This document shows, one piece after another, positions 1-27,808 of a stretch of 64,000 nt of DNA (position 1 is the stretch's first letter; each line of letters starts with the position of its first letter). Made by a program: the position numbers and the translations under genes. The DNA is from Chrysomallon squamiferum (taxonomy: Eukaryota > Animalia > Mollusca), in the NCBI GenBank assembly GCA_012295275.1, contig CM022670.1, forward strand, positions 620,001 through 684,000, in the 5' to 3' direction. Under the pieces are notes generated by a model that saw only the letters and a program-made list of their open reading frames with translations, searched no databases and was not told where the DNA came from.

Positions 1-14117
<14,117 letters not shown>

Positions 14118-15947
14118 ATTAATGTAAGCAGCTACCTTAACAGGTAACAACAACAAACAGCAGCAGACAGCTTTGGAATGTTAACCAAGTTTTAAAATAA
14201 TGTTACGCTATATTTTAAAGCAATAATGATAAATTCGGTTGTAGAAACAGTCGATTGGAGCACTTAGCTGTACTGCTATTCAAACTGAACGCCCAATAAA
14301 ACAGAAAGCTTCAAAAGAATTATGTAGCCGTTCATTTCGCTAGTTTCTCTATTATAAATATAGATACATTTACATACATACATACATATATATATATGGT
14401 TTTCCTTTAGGTTTTGTTTTACATTTTAAATCAGATTTATTTAATATTAAAAGAAATAAATGTATATTTTCAAATTCCACTCTTAAATATATTTTTATTT
14501 TTTTAAAAGGTTCATATGAGATGCAGAATTTGAATCATACCTCCGAATGTTTTACATCTAGTATCTCAACAGTTGAAACTTGTTTTTCTTTATGAGAAAG
14601 TGTTCATTAAAAGTAACCTGTTGTATAGACACATTTTCATTTAAGATGTATCATTATAGGAAAATAAAAATAATAATAATGAAATAAACAAACCAAAAGC
14701 CAAACCCATACAGAATCTAAATGTTCATATTTATATGTAGTTTCATTTTTTAAATATTATTTATCATCATTAATTTTTTAATTATTGTTGTAGTTGTATA
14801 TTTTATTTATTCTTAGTGTCGTTGTTATTAATATTATTATTGTTAATATATGTAATAAATATTGCATTTAATGTAAATTTTTACTTAAAACCTCAAAGAA
14901 CATTTAGTATAAATAAGAAAACACTTTTCTCTTCTTTTTCTGCAACAGCAGTTTTTTATTTTTATTATTATTTTAATTAACAAATACATTGCATTACAAC
15001 AAAGCCATTCATCTAGTTCATAATCTTCAACAATTGTAAAATAATAATAAATAAATAAATATATATATTTAAATAAAGGTGAAAAAAAACACCTTTATAT
15101 CTTGAGGAATTTGATCATGTATCATAATTTTTATTATTTATTTATTTTAATTTAAGATAATAATTATGTAAAATATGATTTAGGTCACAAATTTAATATA
15201 AAAATTAATTTTAAAGATGTATATAGAATTGTTTTTGTACTTCAGCAAATAGATATACCAAAGACACGTTTGCAAAAGACCACATTCATGTATGAACATA
15301 TACATACACTTGTAAAGAAAAAATTCTAAAACTGATACCATTGTTTCAATTATATGTTTGTAAATTAAGTAATGTTTGGTTATTGTTTTATTATTTAATG
15401 ACAAAAGTGAAAATACTAACAAACACCTCTATTATTATTCTGGAGAAAGATGCCACAATAGATATATATAAATACTTTTTTCCAATAAATATTCAAAAAA
15501 TCACATCATTAACATATATAAATAAATAACATGTAAATAATTATGTACAAAGATTATTTTGAGACTTTTAACATTAAACTCATATTATTCTAGAGAAAAA
15601 AATAAATAAAAAATTAAAAAGAAACAGAATATTTGTAATTTAATGCAGCTTTATTGTTTGCCATTTATTTTCCTCATTCTCCTTTTTTTAATTTTTATTC
15701 TCAAAAATTTCAAAAATGTTTAAATATATAATATATAATCACATATTTTAAAGGTAAAGATCAACAAGTAAAAACAACAAACAATCAATAAACGTAAATA
15801 TGCCAAGTCAGCCATATTTTTTTCTCCTGTTTTTTTCCTATATTGAAATCATTTCAACACTTATTTTATTAATATCCAGCTTTTGGAGTTTGTTTTATTT
15901 ATAATCTTTTATATTTTCTTTGTAAAAATGTGTAAATGTTGGATTCT

Positions 15948-17230
15948 TCATTTTTTTTCCTCTGCTTTGTTTTCTTGTTTTTGGAATTTTTTGTCTCGAT
16001 TTGTAAGTACTTCTTTCTGTTGATCCTCTTCAGCTTGTTGTTGTTCTTTCAGTTCCTCCTCTCTCTCCTCCTCCTCCTCAAGTAGCTGTTTCTGAAGTTC
16101 TTTTCTCCACTGCAAAATAATAATAATAATAATAAAAAGAAGAAGAAGAAGAAGATGAAATAAAAAAAAAATAAAAAATAAAATAAAAAATAAATAAAAT
16201 AATAATAACAAAAAAAATTTAAAATAATAATAATAATAATGAAAACAACAATAACAAGAACAACAATAATAATAAATAATAATAATAATAACAAAACAAA
16301 TTTAAAAAAATTAATAACAATAACAATAATAACAACAACAACAATAATACCACTAAAAATAGTTGCAATAATAGTAGCAGTAGTAGTAGCAAAAGTAGTA
16401 ATAACAATGAAAAAAGAAGAAGAAAAAGAATTTACATGAAATTTATAATAATAGATGATAAATAAATAAACTGTTAGTTATACAATTAGAAACATTTATT
16501 AGGTATGTAGTTCATGCGTACAGAACACACACAGCCACACTACAAATAATTAAAGGAATTTACACACCTGATCCTCAACTATTCTCCGCAGGTCGTAGGA
16601 TGTACGTTTGTGGTAGTCTATTGGTGGTTCATACAGAGCAGTGGCCAACATAATTTCTTCTCTGCAAATTTTCAAAATCATTATATTACATGTGTACTAA
16701 ATGTTATTTACCATTAATCTTCATAGAAACACAAAATAAAATTTCTTATTCCAATGTTCAAAATGTTTATGGATTTTTTATATTCTGAAATTTTATATAA
16801 ATAAAATCATAGATAAGAACATATAAACTAATTTAAACACAAATACCTTCCTAATCTAAATTGTTGTTCTTACAGATACTCATAAAATTATGAATATATT
16901 TAATAACACAAAAACAAACTCACTTGAGAGACGTTCGCACAGGGTGGCGAATGGGTGACTGGGAAGATACTGTACTGTGATGGTAATAACCCCGTTTCCG
17001 TGGTTTTGTGGGTGTAGGGAGCTCCACTGGTGGAGGGAGGGGAGGTAAATATATGGCAGCAAGTCCTGTTGCAATTCGAGATCCAAGAGTGACTGGAAAA
17101 GCATTCAGAGGTCCTTGCTTGAGCTCTCTCAAATCTGTGTTGACCTATAAATAATATATATATATATATATAGACACACAAAAAACACACACACACACAC
17201 AAAGAATGAGTGAAACAGAGACAAACAGAG

Positions 17231-17317
<87 letters not shown>

Positions 17318-18140
17318 AAAATGGCAGCCTCCATGAATTGTTCACATGCATTTTTTACATTAAGGATTATATTATAAGAGAAGAAATGTTTTGCTACCCT
17401 TCCAATGTTTCATCTAAAAAAAAGCGAAAACTGCATTTTACAGATTTTGATACACAAGGGAGGTTTGTTTTGTACCTGTCCAACTTTCAGGGCCTCCAGC
17501 ACCCTGTCATCTTTCTCTGTGGAGTGACATTTGAGGAGAACACTCCAAGCTGCATTGTGGAAACCTTCTAGTGCTTTGTTGTTAGTGAGACATCGGCAGA
17601 TCTTCACCAACGACTTGATCGCTCCATAACGAATACGCCAACTCCAGTCATTGGAACCTGAACATTATATAAATAAAAATATTAATATAAGTATATACAG
17701 ATTAAGATTTTGAAACATAGACTTTATAAATAAGTAGTCAAGTGATTAAAAACACAGTAAATAATAAGCAACTAAAAAAAAAAAAAAATTAAATTAAAAA
17801 AAATTAATGTAATAATAATGATAATGATTAGATCATGATGATGATAAGAATAATAATAATAACAGTATATACTCACTCCCATCTTTGATTTCATACAGTG
17901 GGTGGAAAAATGCTAGATCGATGAGACCAGCACTCATCAGTGGGAATGTGGTGAAGAGTCGTTTGACTGGGTCATCAAGGTTTCTGTTCAGACCAACAAG
18001 AGCCAGTTTCTGAATACTAGAACTTGCTCCATACAGACTGATGTCACACAGGACGTCACAGTAGGTAATAGCAACCTCCCAATGCCAGCCACTGATACCT
18101 GGAGTTTCTGCTTGCTAAACACAGTAATAACAATAATAAC

Positions 18141-18187
<47 letters not shown>

Positions 18188-18188
18188 C

Positions 18189-18235
<47 letters not shown>

Positions 18236-18647
18236 TAATAATAATAATAATAACAACAACATAATAATAACAACAACAACAACAACAACAACAATAATAA
18301 TAATCAGTAGAAGAAGAAGAAGAATAGTGATAATAATGAAATAATAATCATAATCAAAATCATAAGAAGAAGAACAACAACAATTACAATTATAATTATA
18401 GTGATTGTGGATAAGATTAATAATGATGATGTTAATGATGATGATGATAACAACAATAACAATAATAAACCAAAAAATTAATAAACATAAACAACTGTGC
18501 ATGAATGATATAGTACAACATACAATTTAGAAAGTAATAATAATAAGAATGAATACATTATAGCTTTTAGTGAGATACAATATTTTTAAACATATGAAAT
18601 TTTGATTAACAACAACCAGTATAACAACAATAAAAACAACAACCAAC

Positions 18648-18712
<65 letters not shown>

Positions 18713-18761
18713 TAATAATAATAATAACAATAATAATTGTAATAATTGTAATAATAATTAC

Positions 18762-18826
<65 letters not shown>

Positions 18827-21800
18827 CAATAATAATGATAATAAAAGTAATACTTACTGGCATGTTTGTGTAGGTGGGTACTGAACTGGCATCAGAATCT
18901 CGCGCACTCTGCAGATCAGTTCCCACCTCGGGTTTGTTGCCTGTTCCTGGAACAGGATTAAACGTGCTTTTTGTGGACTCCACTCCACTCTCTTTTCCAG
19001 ATCTTGAAGATGTCTTTTCTGTCTGTGTTGAAGATCCTTTCTTCGTCTTCTGTGCTTCACCATCGTAAGAAAGATTCAACTGAAACTCCCATGACTGCTT
19101 CATCATCGGCCTCTGTGGTCTCTCATCACCTCGAGTCTCTGGACTGAACTTACTCATCTCTGGAAGCTCTTCATCGCTGTCATACTGGCTGGGCTGGATG
19201 AGGTTTTTTCTTGGACTCATGCTGTCTTCACTCCTCTCGTAGATATCACTCAGTGATTGCTTGGAACTGATTGGAGTCCCAGACTGTTTACCTTGTTCAC
19301 CCTGGCCTGATGAACTTCTCATTTCTGTTAAATAATATACATTAAATATTGTTAAAATAAATAATAGTAGTAGCAGTAGTAGTAGTAATAGTAGTAGTAG
19401 TAATAGTAGTAGTAGTAATAGTAGTAGTAGTAACAGTTGTAGTAGTAGTAGTAGTAATAATAATAACAACAGCAACAAAACCAATAATAAAGATGATGAT
19501 GATGATAATTTATGATGATGATAATAATAATGATAATGAAGATAACAGCAATAGCAGTAACAATAATTATAATAATAATAATGACAATAAAAATAATATT
19601 AACAATAAAATAATAAATAGAAAAATAGAAAAACTATAGCAGTTTTATTCTAAACATTCCTCCTTGAAAAAAAAAAAAACTAGAAAATGTAAAACAAAAT
19701 TATATTTTTCTATAGTAAAATAATAATAATGTAAATCAATGTAACAATAAAGATAACTCACTAATAACAAAATCTTATTATAAGTAAACAGACATCTGAA
19801 AATTAAGTACAGACAGATGTGTTCATATATTTTTATAATAATAATAAGATATCCAAATGTTTCTTTTAATCCAGATCTTTTGCAATAACAAGTTATCAGG
19901 AAATTAATTACTGGTTACCTGAATCAGTTCTGTCTGTGTTTGGTGCTGCTCTGACCTTGACCCCTTGGGCCAGCTGATGCAGAACTTTCATGGCCTCCAT
20001 GTTGTTTTTGGCTGCCTCAGCGAGTATCGGTAATGCAATCACTCCATCCACCCAACTCTCGTTAGCAAGGCCAAGGCCACACTGTGACAGGCCTTTGAGT
20101 GCGTCCTCGAAACCCCCGCTCAGCTGGTTAGTGCATCGCCACACATCCAGCGAATGCCACAACGTTGGACTGAGATCATGGACGCTGCTGCTGATAGCAC
20201 CACTGTGGGTTGACAGGTTGTCTTCGTGGGATCGTTTTTCATACAGTTCTTTAGTAGCCTGAACCATAAAATTACAAAATAAAACAAATAATTTCATCAT
20301 TATTTTGAAGGATTTTTGTCATAAACCCCCAAAACATGCAGGTTCTTGTGTTTCTTTGTTACAAACATTATGGAAACAGAAAACATAAATGTTATTAATA
20401 CTATTATTCACCACTCTTGTTATAACCATTTTATAATCATAATAATAAAACAGGAAAATATTACAGTTTATTACAAAGATTCTTTCAATTCTGTTAACAA
20501 GAAATTTAAAATATAAAAGTCTATAAATTTCTAGAAACATTCCTGTAATTTCTATGAAAAAATGTATGTGTCTGTCCATCTTTCACTTACATCACTGACT
20601 TCTTTAATATTGCACTGGGGAGGAACTTTGTCCCCCTCTTTCACTTCTCCAGGCTCTATTAAAGCATCTGCCAAAATAATCTTTCCAACTTCGATAATAA
20701 AACGTATTGACAGCAGAGCATTCGGATATGGAGAGTAGGCTTCCTGACAATCTTTCAAACCTGAAAATTTCAATATTTCATTTAAAAAATATTAAATAAA
20801 AACTAATTTGACAGTGCAGTTAAAATCTCCATATTTATGATAAGTTTAAATTAAGCAATAACATAATAGAAATATTTTATTTTTAATTTTATAGTACTAC
20901 TACCTGCTGGGTGAGGAAGTTAAAGTTTATGATAAAAAGAATTAAATAATAATGTTACATAAATAAAGTAAATTTTGTGTTAACTGGCAATTAAAATTTC
21001 TAAATTTATGATAAAAGAACTAAATTCTAATGTTACATAAACAAATAAATTTCCACTTTTCCACTAACCAATTGCTTTTGGCAATTAAAATTTTAACATA
21101 TCATAAAAAAATTAAACAGTAATGCTTCATCTCTAATTAAATTTTGTAAAAGTGGTTTCATACCATCCAGGTACGTGTAAAGTCTGTTTTTGAATTCTGA
21201 GTGACCCTGCAGCTGTCCAGCCATGTGGTGGTAGAAAAGTCGAGTAAACACCAGCTGACCCATCTGAAACATTTACACCAGAAATTTTAATAGAAAAATC
21301 ATTTCATTATTTAATAAAAATAAAAAAATTAAAATTCTAAACCTACTGACCCATCTGAAACATTTACACCAGATATTTTAATAGAAAAATCATTTCATTA
21401 TTTAATCAAAATAAAAAATATAAAATTCTAAACCTACTGACCCATCTGATTTATTTATTTTAATAGAAAAACATTTACATTTTAATAGTAAAATCATTTC
21501 ATTTTTAAAAAATAAAAAAAAATTAAAATTCTAAAAACCCAAAACAAACCAGAAATTTTAAAAAAAATCATTTCAAATCTAACCCAATTTTAAAAGAAAA
21601 ATCATTTCATTATTTAAATAACAAAAAAACAAAACAAACAAAACTTCAAAACTAACTAATAAAAATAACTTCAGGAATGTAATATAAGAAATATTCCTTA
21701 TTAATTAAAATAAAATAAAAATTTCATAAATAAATTAACCGATCTAAAATAACATGTTTGCTTTTAGAATTCTAATATCAGGAATATTCCATTCTGTAAT

Positions 21801-23660
21801 TTAAAAAAAAAGAAAGAAAAAAAATTGAAAACCAACTGACCCATATAAAATAACTTCAGAAGTATTTCTTTTTTAGAAAACTAATACTAAAAACATTTCA
21901 TTATTTAATTAAAACAAAAAATAAAAATAACGTCTCACTTCTAATCTGTATGAATAACAGATTTCTTTTTAAATATCAGTACTGCATACATGCTGAAAGA
22001 AACATGCTGAAATATCATTGAACAGACAATTATTCTTTCACAAAGGTATCTGAATTCAGTGTGAAAGTGTTTCTGTAAGTGGTTTGCTTACAGTGAGTAG
22101 TTTAATTTCTCCAGTGCGGAGGTAAGGTTGTCTGACAACTTCAGTACGCAGCCAGTACAGCATGGTTTCAGCCAGGAAAAACAAAGCAGGGATGTGATAT
22201 TTCTCTACTGGTGAAACATCCAGTGATGCTATCAGAACATCTAGACAGTCTGTGATTAAAAACAAATAAAAATAAAAATAATATATAAACACATACATAC
22301 TTACACACATATATAATGAGAGACAGAGAGAGACAGAGTACATTTACATATTAGATTCTTAATGTAAAGAATTTATAAACACTAAATAGCAGATTTTAAA
22401 TACTGATATAAAATAATGAACTTTGTGAAATTTTACACAATAAAGTCTTTGGGAAAATGAGGTTTAATGAGTATGTAAGTTATGTGTACCTTCTTGAACT
22501 GAGCCTTTACACTGAGCTAGCTGTGCCATTTCAGTCCAAGCTAGCGGAAGATTTACATGATTACCTTCTCCTGACTGCTTCACACCTGCTCGTCTCTGTA
22601 ACACATACATATATACATTCATACATACATTTATAATTTATCACATCACCAAAAACACACCAGAATATATATATTCATCTACACAGATTCATTGTTTCTT
22701 TCAATTTCTTTTTCTCTCTCTCTCCAAATATATTTACAAATATATTTACACACACACACACACATATGTACATACATATGTATAAAACTGCAGGAAATTG
22801 ATCATGCATTTGCCTTAGAACATTATATAAGTAACAAGGAACATAATATATAATTATTAATGGCTGGCACATACTTTAATTCTTTCCAACATCTTCCGAG
22901 CAGTTTCCTCAAGTTTTTCTTTGTCTAAGATATTAGTTGTACTGTTAAACAACTGTACAAATTCTTCTGATACCTCCAGAGGGTTTCTGGAAAATAATTA
23001 ATGTTTAATGTTTACATAAACACATAGATGGATAGACATACAGATAGATAGATATAAGAATGTATATTTCTTTTTACTATTCCCAGTATTGTTGTACATT
23101 TTGTAGTGTTATTACAACTGAAAATAGCAAAAACAATTTAACTATATGCAACCATTATTAACAGTTCTTAAAAAACTGTGAAAATAAATACTGTTTATGT
23201 ACACTTTGAATTTTAGCATCTATTTAGCAAACATTAGCCACAAATCATTTGCTGAATTCAGAAAGAATCAACATCAGTCTAGAAATATTATTTAATGGAA
23301 ATCTGATAATTAGCAACATTTAGTAAATATTGCTTCCTAACAGATACAGAATAAAACATTTTATTTCATAAAAGTTTTATTAATATTTAATGCATAACAA
23401 TACTACTACAGCTTCTGCTGCTGCTACTAATACAACCACAATTGCTGCTACTACAACAGCTGCTGCAGCTGCTACTACTACTACTACTACAACTGTTAGT
23501 AGTGATAATAATAACAATAATACCTGTTTGAAATAATAGCTTTCTGGGTTTTGACTGCTTGATAATATGACTGTCTAAAAAGTCGTTCCTGTAACTCCAT
23601 TCTTTGGCTCTGAGAAATAATTCCAAATTTATGGACGACTGGTATTTTAGTGATAGGCAT
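15948..23660 (-). CDS. TMEM232: Transmembrane protein 232-like (cilia/flagellum-associated), about 828 aa, 13 coding exons
   Basis: Exons (minus strand): 23524-23660 (ATG, MPITKIPVVHKFGIISQ), 22875-22986, 22490-22595, 22092-22249, 21164-21263, 20591-20760, 19919-20258, 18858-19324, 17877-18114, 17476-17657, 16924-17144, 16568-16661, 15948-16109 (TGA). Total 2487 nt in frame. Motifs HVNLPLAWTEMAQLAQCKG, HIPALFFLAETMLY, GEIKLL and DWSWRIRYGAI resemble TMEM232. An acceptor at 23711-23712 implies an upstream non-coding exon. Confidence 0.88.
17235..17315. repeat. (GA)n microsatellite in a TMEM232 intron
   Basis: Directly visible. Confidence 0.95.
18125..18845. repeat. Intron filled with compound (AAT)n/(AAC)n/(GAT)n microsatellites
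   Basis: Directly visible. It is the source of the poly-L/I/Y pseudo-ORFs. Confidence 0.9.
21256..21545. repeat. 91-bp tandem repeat (about 3 copies, third degenerate) including the TMEM232 exon-5 acceptor
   Basis: Unit tgacccatctgaaacatttacaccaga..ttttaatagaaaaatcatttcattatttaat..aaaattctaaacctac starts at 21256, 21347 and 21438. Confidence 0.9.
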
Positions 23661-24579
23661 GATGATGTCTAGTTGGTGATGTAGTTACTATCTGATCTAG
23701 AGTTTTTTATCTGAAACACCAACAAAGAAAATCCTTTATACAATAGATAGTATGCCTTTTGGGGGGCAGGGAGGAAAAAGTGGTATATAGTTTCATATTT
23801 ATGTTTTTGATCTGAATGGAAGATGTGACATATGCCTCATATGGGCAGAAAATTAAAGCTGTTCCACTAACAGCAACAAAAATATTACCCAAATATTTTA
23901 TAACTTTTTTAAATTGAGAAAATTAACTGATAAATATTTAATTAGAATCAAATATTTAAAAAAGATATATGGACAATTGTCTGTCAAAATTTAAAACAAA
24001 AGGTCTAAAGGTACAAATCTGAAAACATTGGAATGAATGAATGAAAGTTCAGTGATAGCTCAGTGTAATTTAATGTTAATAATGATTATCAGATGTCAAA
24101 ATATTTTTGTGTTTTTCTTTGTTTTTGTTTGTTTGTTGTTGTTTTTTGGTCTGCCAAAGAATATTTTTATCAATTAGCAAATTAATTAGCAGCAAAAGAC
24201 ATCTTATAAGCACCTTAACAAAAACATTAAAGTATATAAATATATAAAATAGTCTTTTATTACATTCAAAATATCAGATTTTGGTAATTATTTTGTAAAT
24301 ATTAATTTTCTAGTAATAAACAATATGTTTTTTTCTAAAGAAAGAAATGTTAATACAGTGTATAATTTTACTATATACTACAATTATTATCATTTGATCA
24401 AATATAGATGTTTATGTTTTCTGAATTACATCATGTAAACTTACTGATTATTTATCATTTTTATTAAAATAACATTCAAAAAAGGAACTTTTATAACCAG
24501 TTCTTATTTTTATACTGGATGAAAATAGTTTAAAAAAAAACATTTAAGACACAAACAGTCACAAATTTATTGAATATTA

Positions 24580-24604
24580 AATATTGTCGTCTTATTTTAC
24601 AGTC

Positions 24605-24643
<39 letters not shown>

Positions 24644-25044
24644 TTTCCAGAGTTCATGTTTTGTTTTGTTAAATGAGAGTCGTGCCACATTAAAAGAGAG
24701 TATCCGAAAATAGATGACATCGAAAACATATCATCAATAATAAACAGGATATTTAGAAATGCAATAACGACAAGATAAATCTGTAACAAGTTACAAAATA
24801 TAGTAACAAATATAAACAACAATAAATTAACTATTAAAATATAAATATGATAATCAAAATTTGAGTTATTACAATATTATAAATCGTCGAAGAAAGAAAA
24901 TGTTTATATTTGTTTCTATGGATGTTCTACTAATTCCGACCAGTGTTGCGCTTGTTACCATATTCTTATTCAGACAAATTTCGGGCCAGTTTAAATATCC
25001 GATCCGGATTTCTGATAAAGACATTTTTCATCACCATTTTTCTT

Positions 25045-25075
<31 letters not shown>

Positions 25076-25960
25076 TTATTATTATTTCATAGATTCAACA
25101 ATATTTTTTTAAACGGAATACATTCAAATGATTATTATTATTACCTTCTTTTTTTTCTTTTTTTTTTTTTTTTTTTTTTACAAAATACGTTTTTTTGTAA
25201 AACATTAAAATATATTTTTCAATTTATTACAATGACATTATTAAAAAGACATAAAATAATTATTTCGAGTAGAAGAGTTTTATGAGTAGGCATAGAGATA
25301 TCTGCATTTCTTATAGGCTGGCTATAAGTGTATATTTCTTCGTTAAATTGTAAAATATTCTTATATAAAGTTTTATTATTTACATGCTAATAAGGTAATT
25401 ATGTCAACATATACTAATCTTTAATAAACCAGTAATTAGAAAAATGTAACTAGCAACAAAAATATTCATGTGAAGTTTCTTCCCAAAAGTTCGTTTAATA
25501 GTACTATTTCCCAGCCATCAGAATACCAGTGTATTCTTATGATATATCGAAATCTATTTACGATTTAACATGTCATTGAGACCAAGGGTAAGCATCACGT
25601 TTTCATTTAACTTTTTATTTCTTTCACAATGTTTTAATTAGTTCGTATTGATACAGTTGTATATTATCGTGCAATATCGACGCTGAAATTTTTCTTATGA
25701 AAATCGCCTAAAATTCACGGAAACACATGTAATGGATTTAAGTCTTAACCAGAACGCGGACCTTTAGGAAGTCCAAGGTTTTGTTACAGAGCAAGGATTT
25801 GATATTTTGAAATTGTTTATTTGGTTACACTTTGTCGTTGTCATAAATAAATAAATAAATAAATAAAAATAAATAGTTTTTCTCTCTTCTTTATAAATTT
25901 ACTACTTATTTTTAATTAAATTATAAATGTCATGTCTATATATGAAAATGTAATGTATAC
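24580..25960. promoter_or_regulatory. Probable bidirectional promoter of TMEM232 (-) and LYRM7 (+), with an RFX X-box-like site GTAACTAGCAAC at 25446-25457
   Basis: The divergent ATGs are 1.9 kb apart (23660 and 25570). The region is a CpG-retaining island between two CpG-depleted gene bodies. The motif fits GTNRCY-n0-RGYAAC. Confidence 0.55.
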
Positions 25961-27808
25961 GTATATATTGCATACTTTAATAATATACTATTATTATTTT
26001 TTTTTTATTATTTATTTCAGGTTCTTGCAGCTTTTCGAAATCTGCACAAAACCAGACAGAAAATTTTTGCAGGTGATAAAATTGCATTAAATGGTATGTA
26101 TGAATAATTCATATTTATAAATGATCATTTTGTTTAAATCCATATGTGATTTGTCAGTAAAATATAAACGAAATGTATATAACTGCATTAAGATGATGAG
26201 CTGTATTATCAGTATTCAGCAGAACCCATTTTTAAGATTATTTCATTGTGGCTTGTGCCCCTGTGTTAGTTTGTCTAAGATAAATACTGGTATGCATGTT
26301 ACTCTTTATGTCCCAAAATATAGTGAGATAACAAGATATCATTGTATAAAAATGTATTATGACAGTTAATAACCATTATTATGCAAAATATTTCCAGATA
26401 TCACAAACAAATAATATTTCATTGATCAAATTTTGATAATTATTTATTTATTTATTTATTTATTTTGCAGCTGGCAGAGAGAAGATTAATAATGAGTTTA
26501 AACAAAACAAAGATCAAACAGATATCAGTGAAATTGAAAAGGTAATTAAAATAAACTTTTTTTTTTTTTCTTTTTTTTTTTTTAAATCTGATTAAAGGGA
26601 GATAATATCTATTACTTTGTTTACACATTAAAAACAATCCACATAATATAATAATACCTTTGATTGTTTCTGACTTTTAACAGAATCTATCCCTCTAGAA
26701 ATTCAGATTCAAAAAACTGTCATATAAACATGAAAAACAAAAACTTGACACAAATTCATCTTGACTGGAAACAAAAAAAACCCCAAAACATTAGAATGTA
26801 AAATGTGAACATCATATCATTTGCTAAATCTGAACTTGTTATTTAAGAAAGCTGCTAATCAACTGCAGATGTATATTTTTGAGCCTTGAAACTTGAACTG
26901 TCATGGGTGCCCTTCACAAGCAGCAACAAGGTCTGGGTAACCTCAGTTTTCTTCTTCACTGATGTTGTTCCAAGAGAGATCATCATAATTTTTATTTATT
27001 TTTTCATTTATTTAATTTTACCACTGTATCTCAGATTTGAATGAGAATTTTGAAGCACTATGGACTAAAGTTGTTTCTGGGGAGGCCCTAGACGCTTATG
27101 TGTCTTTTCTTTATAACACATCCACCACTGATACTAATTAAAGAAAGCTATGTTTTTTTATTTACAGCTGGTAAAGCTGGCTGAAGACAGTGAACTGATA
27201 TTAAGAACAACAGTTGTACAGGCCAGAAAGAAAGAAGAAGGTGTTTTCGGTAAGTTTCATTTTAGTCACATATTTTAAAAGACTCTTTTTAGTGTTTGTA
27301 TACTGCAACATGGACAAAAGAGATTAATTATTTTTATTTTCAGGAGAAGGGTGTTATTTTTTTACACAAAAGATTTATTTTTGTGTTTGTTTGTATGTGT
27401 TGTGTGTTTGTTATACAGCAGACTGATGTTTTTAATATTTTTAAATTTTTATTCATTCTTTGACAAAGAAATAATAACTCTTGTTTTCATAACCTTCCTG
27501 TTTATCAATTTTTTGTGATATTAGATTATATACCTTTAAAATGTATGAAGTTTTCCATTTCTGTATGGATTTCATTTTTATAATTATTTTAATTTAATAC
27601 TTTAATGAAAATATTAGTAATTTTGACCCAAACTCAGTTAAAAATTATGTTTTAATTTTCTAATGTTGTAATTATTTAATTATTTTCAGAGGTGCAGGTG
27701 ACACCTGAAACTTACCTTGGCACAAATACTGTGTTTGACCCAGATATTGAAATTCCTATTCCAAGAAGGAAAGCAAAGAAATCTTCTGATGCATCAAAAG
27801 ACACTTGA
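25570..27808 (+). CDS. LYRM7: Complex III assembly factor LYRM7 (MZM1, Rieske Fe-S protein chaperone), 120 aa, 5 exons; absent from the ORF track
   Basis: Exons 25570-25587, 26021-26093, 26471-26541, 27168-27249, 27690-27808 total 363 nt and are all GT-AG. Protein: MSLRPRVLAAFRNLHKTRQKIFAGDKIALNAGREKINNEFKQNKDQTDISEIEKLVKLAEDSELILRTTVVQARKKEEGVFEVQVTPETYLGTNTVFDPDIEIPIPRRKAKKSSDASKDT*. It matches the LYRM7 pattern VL..F..LH.TR...F..D..AL...R.KIN.EFK and E..LRT.V.Q. Confidence 0.92.

Noticed and set aside
14130-14250. RFX X-box at the WDR19 promoter
   Set aside because: Only half-sites (ggtaac, tagaaac) are present, with no convincing full motif.
15948-19484. ORF-track proteins with poly-L/I/Y runs that look like membrane or signal peptides (for example the 292-aa ORF 18606-19484)
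   Set aside because: They are translations of (AAT)n/(TAG)n microsatellites flanking real exons. Only the GT-AG-bounded portions are coding.
21256-21545. CRISPR-like array
   Set aside because: Units are contiguous with no unique spacers, the context is a eukaryotic intron, and there are no cas genes.
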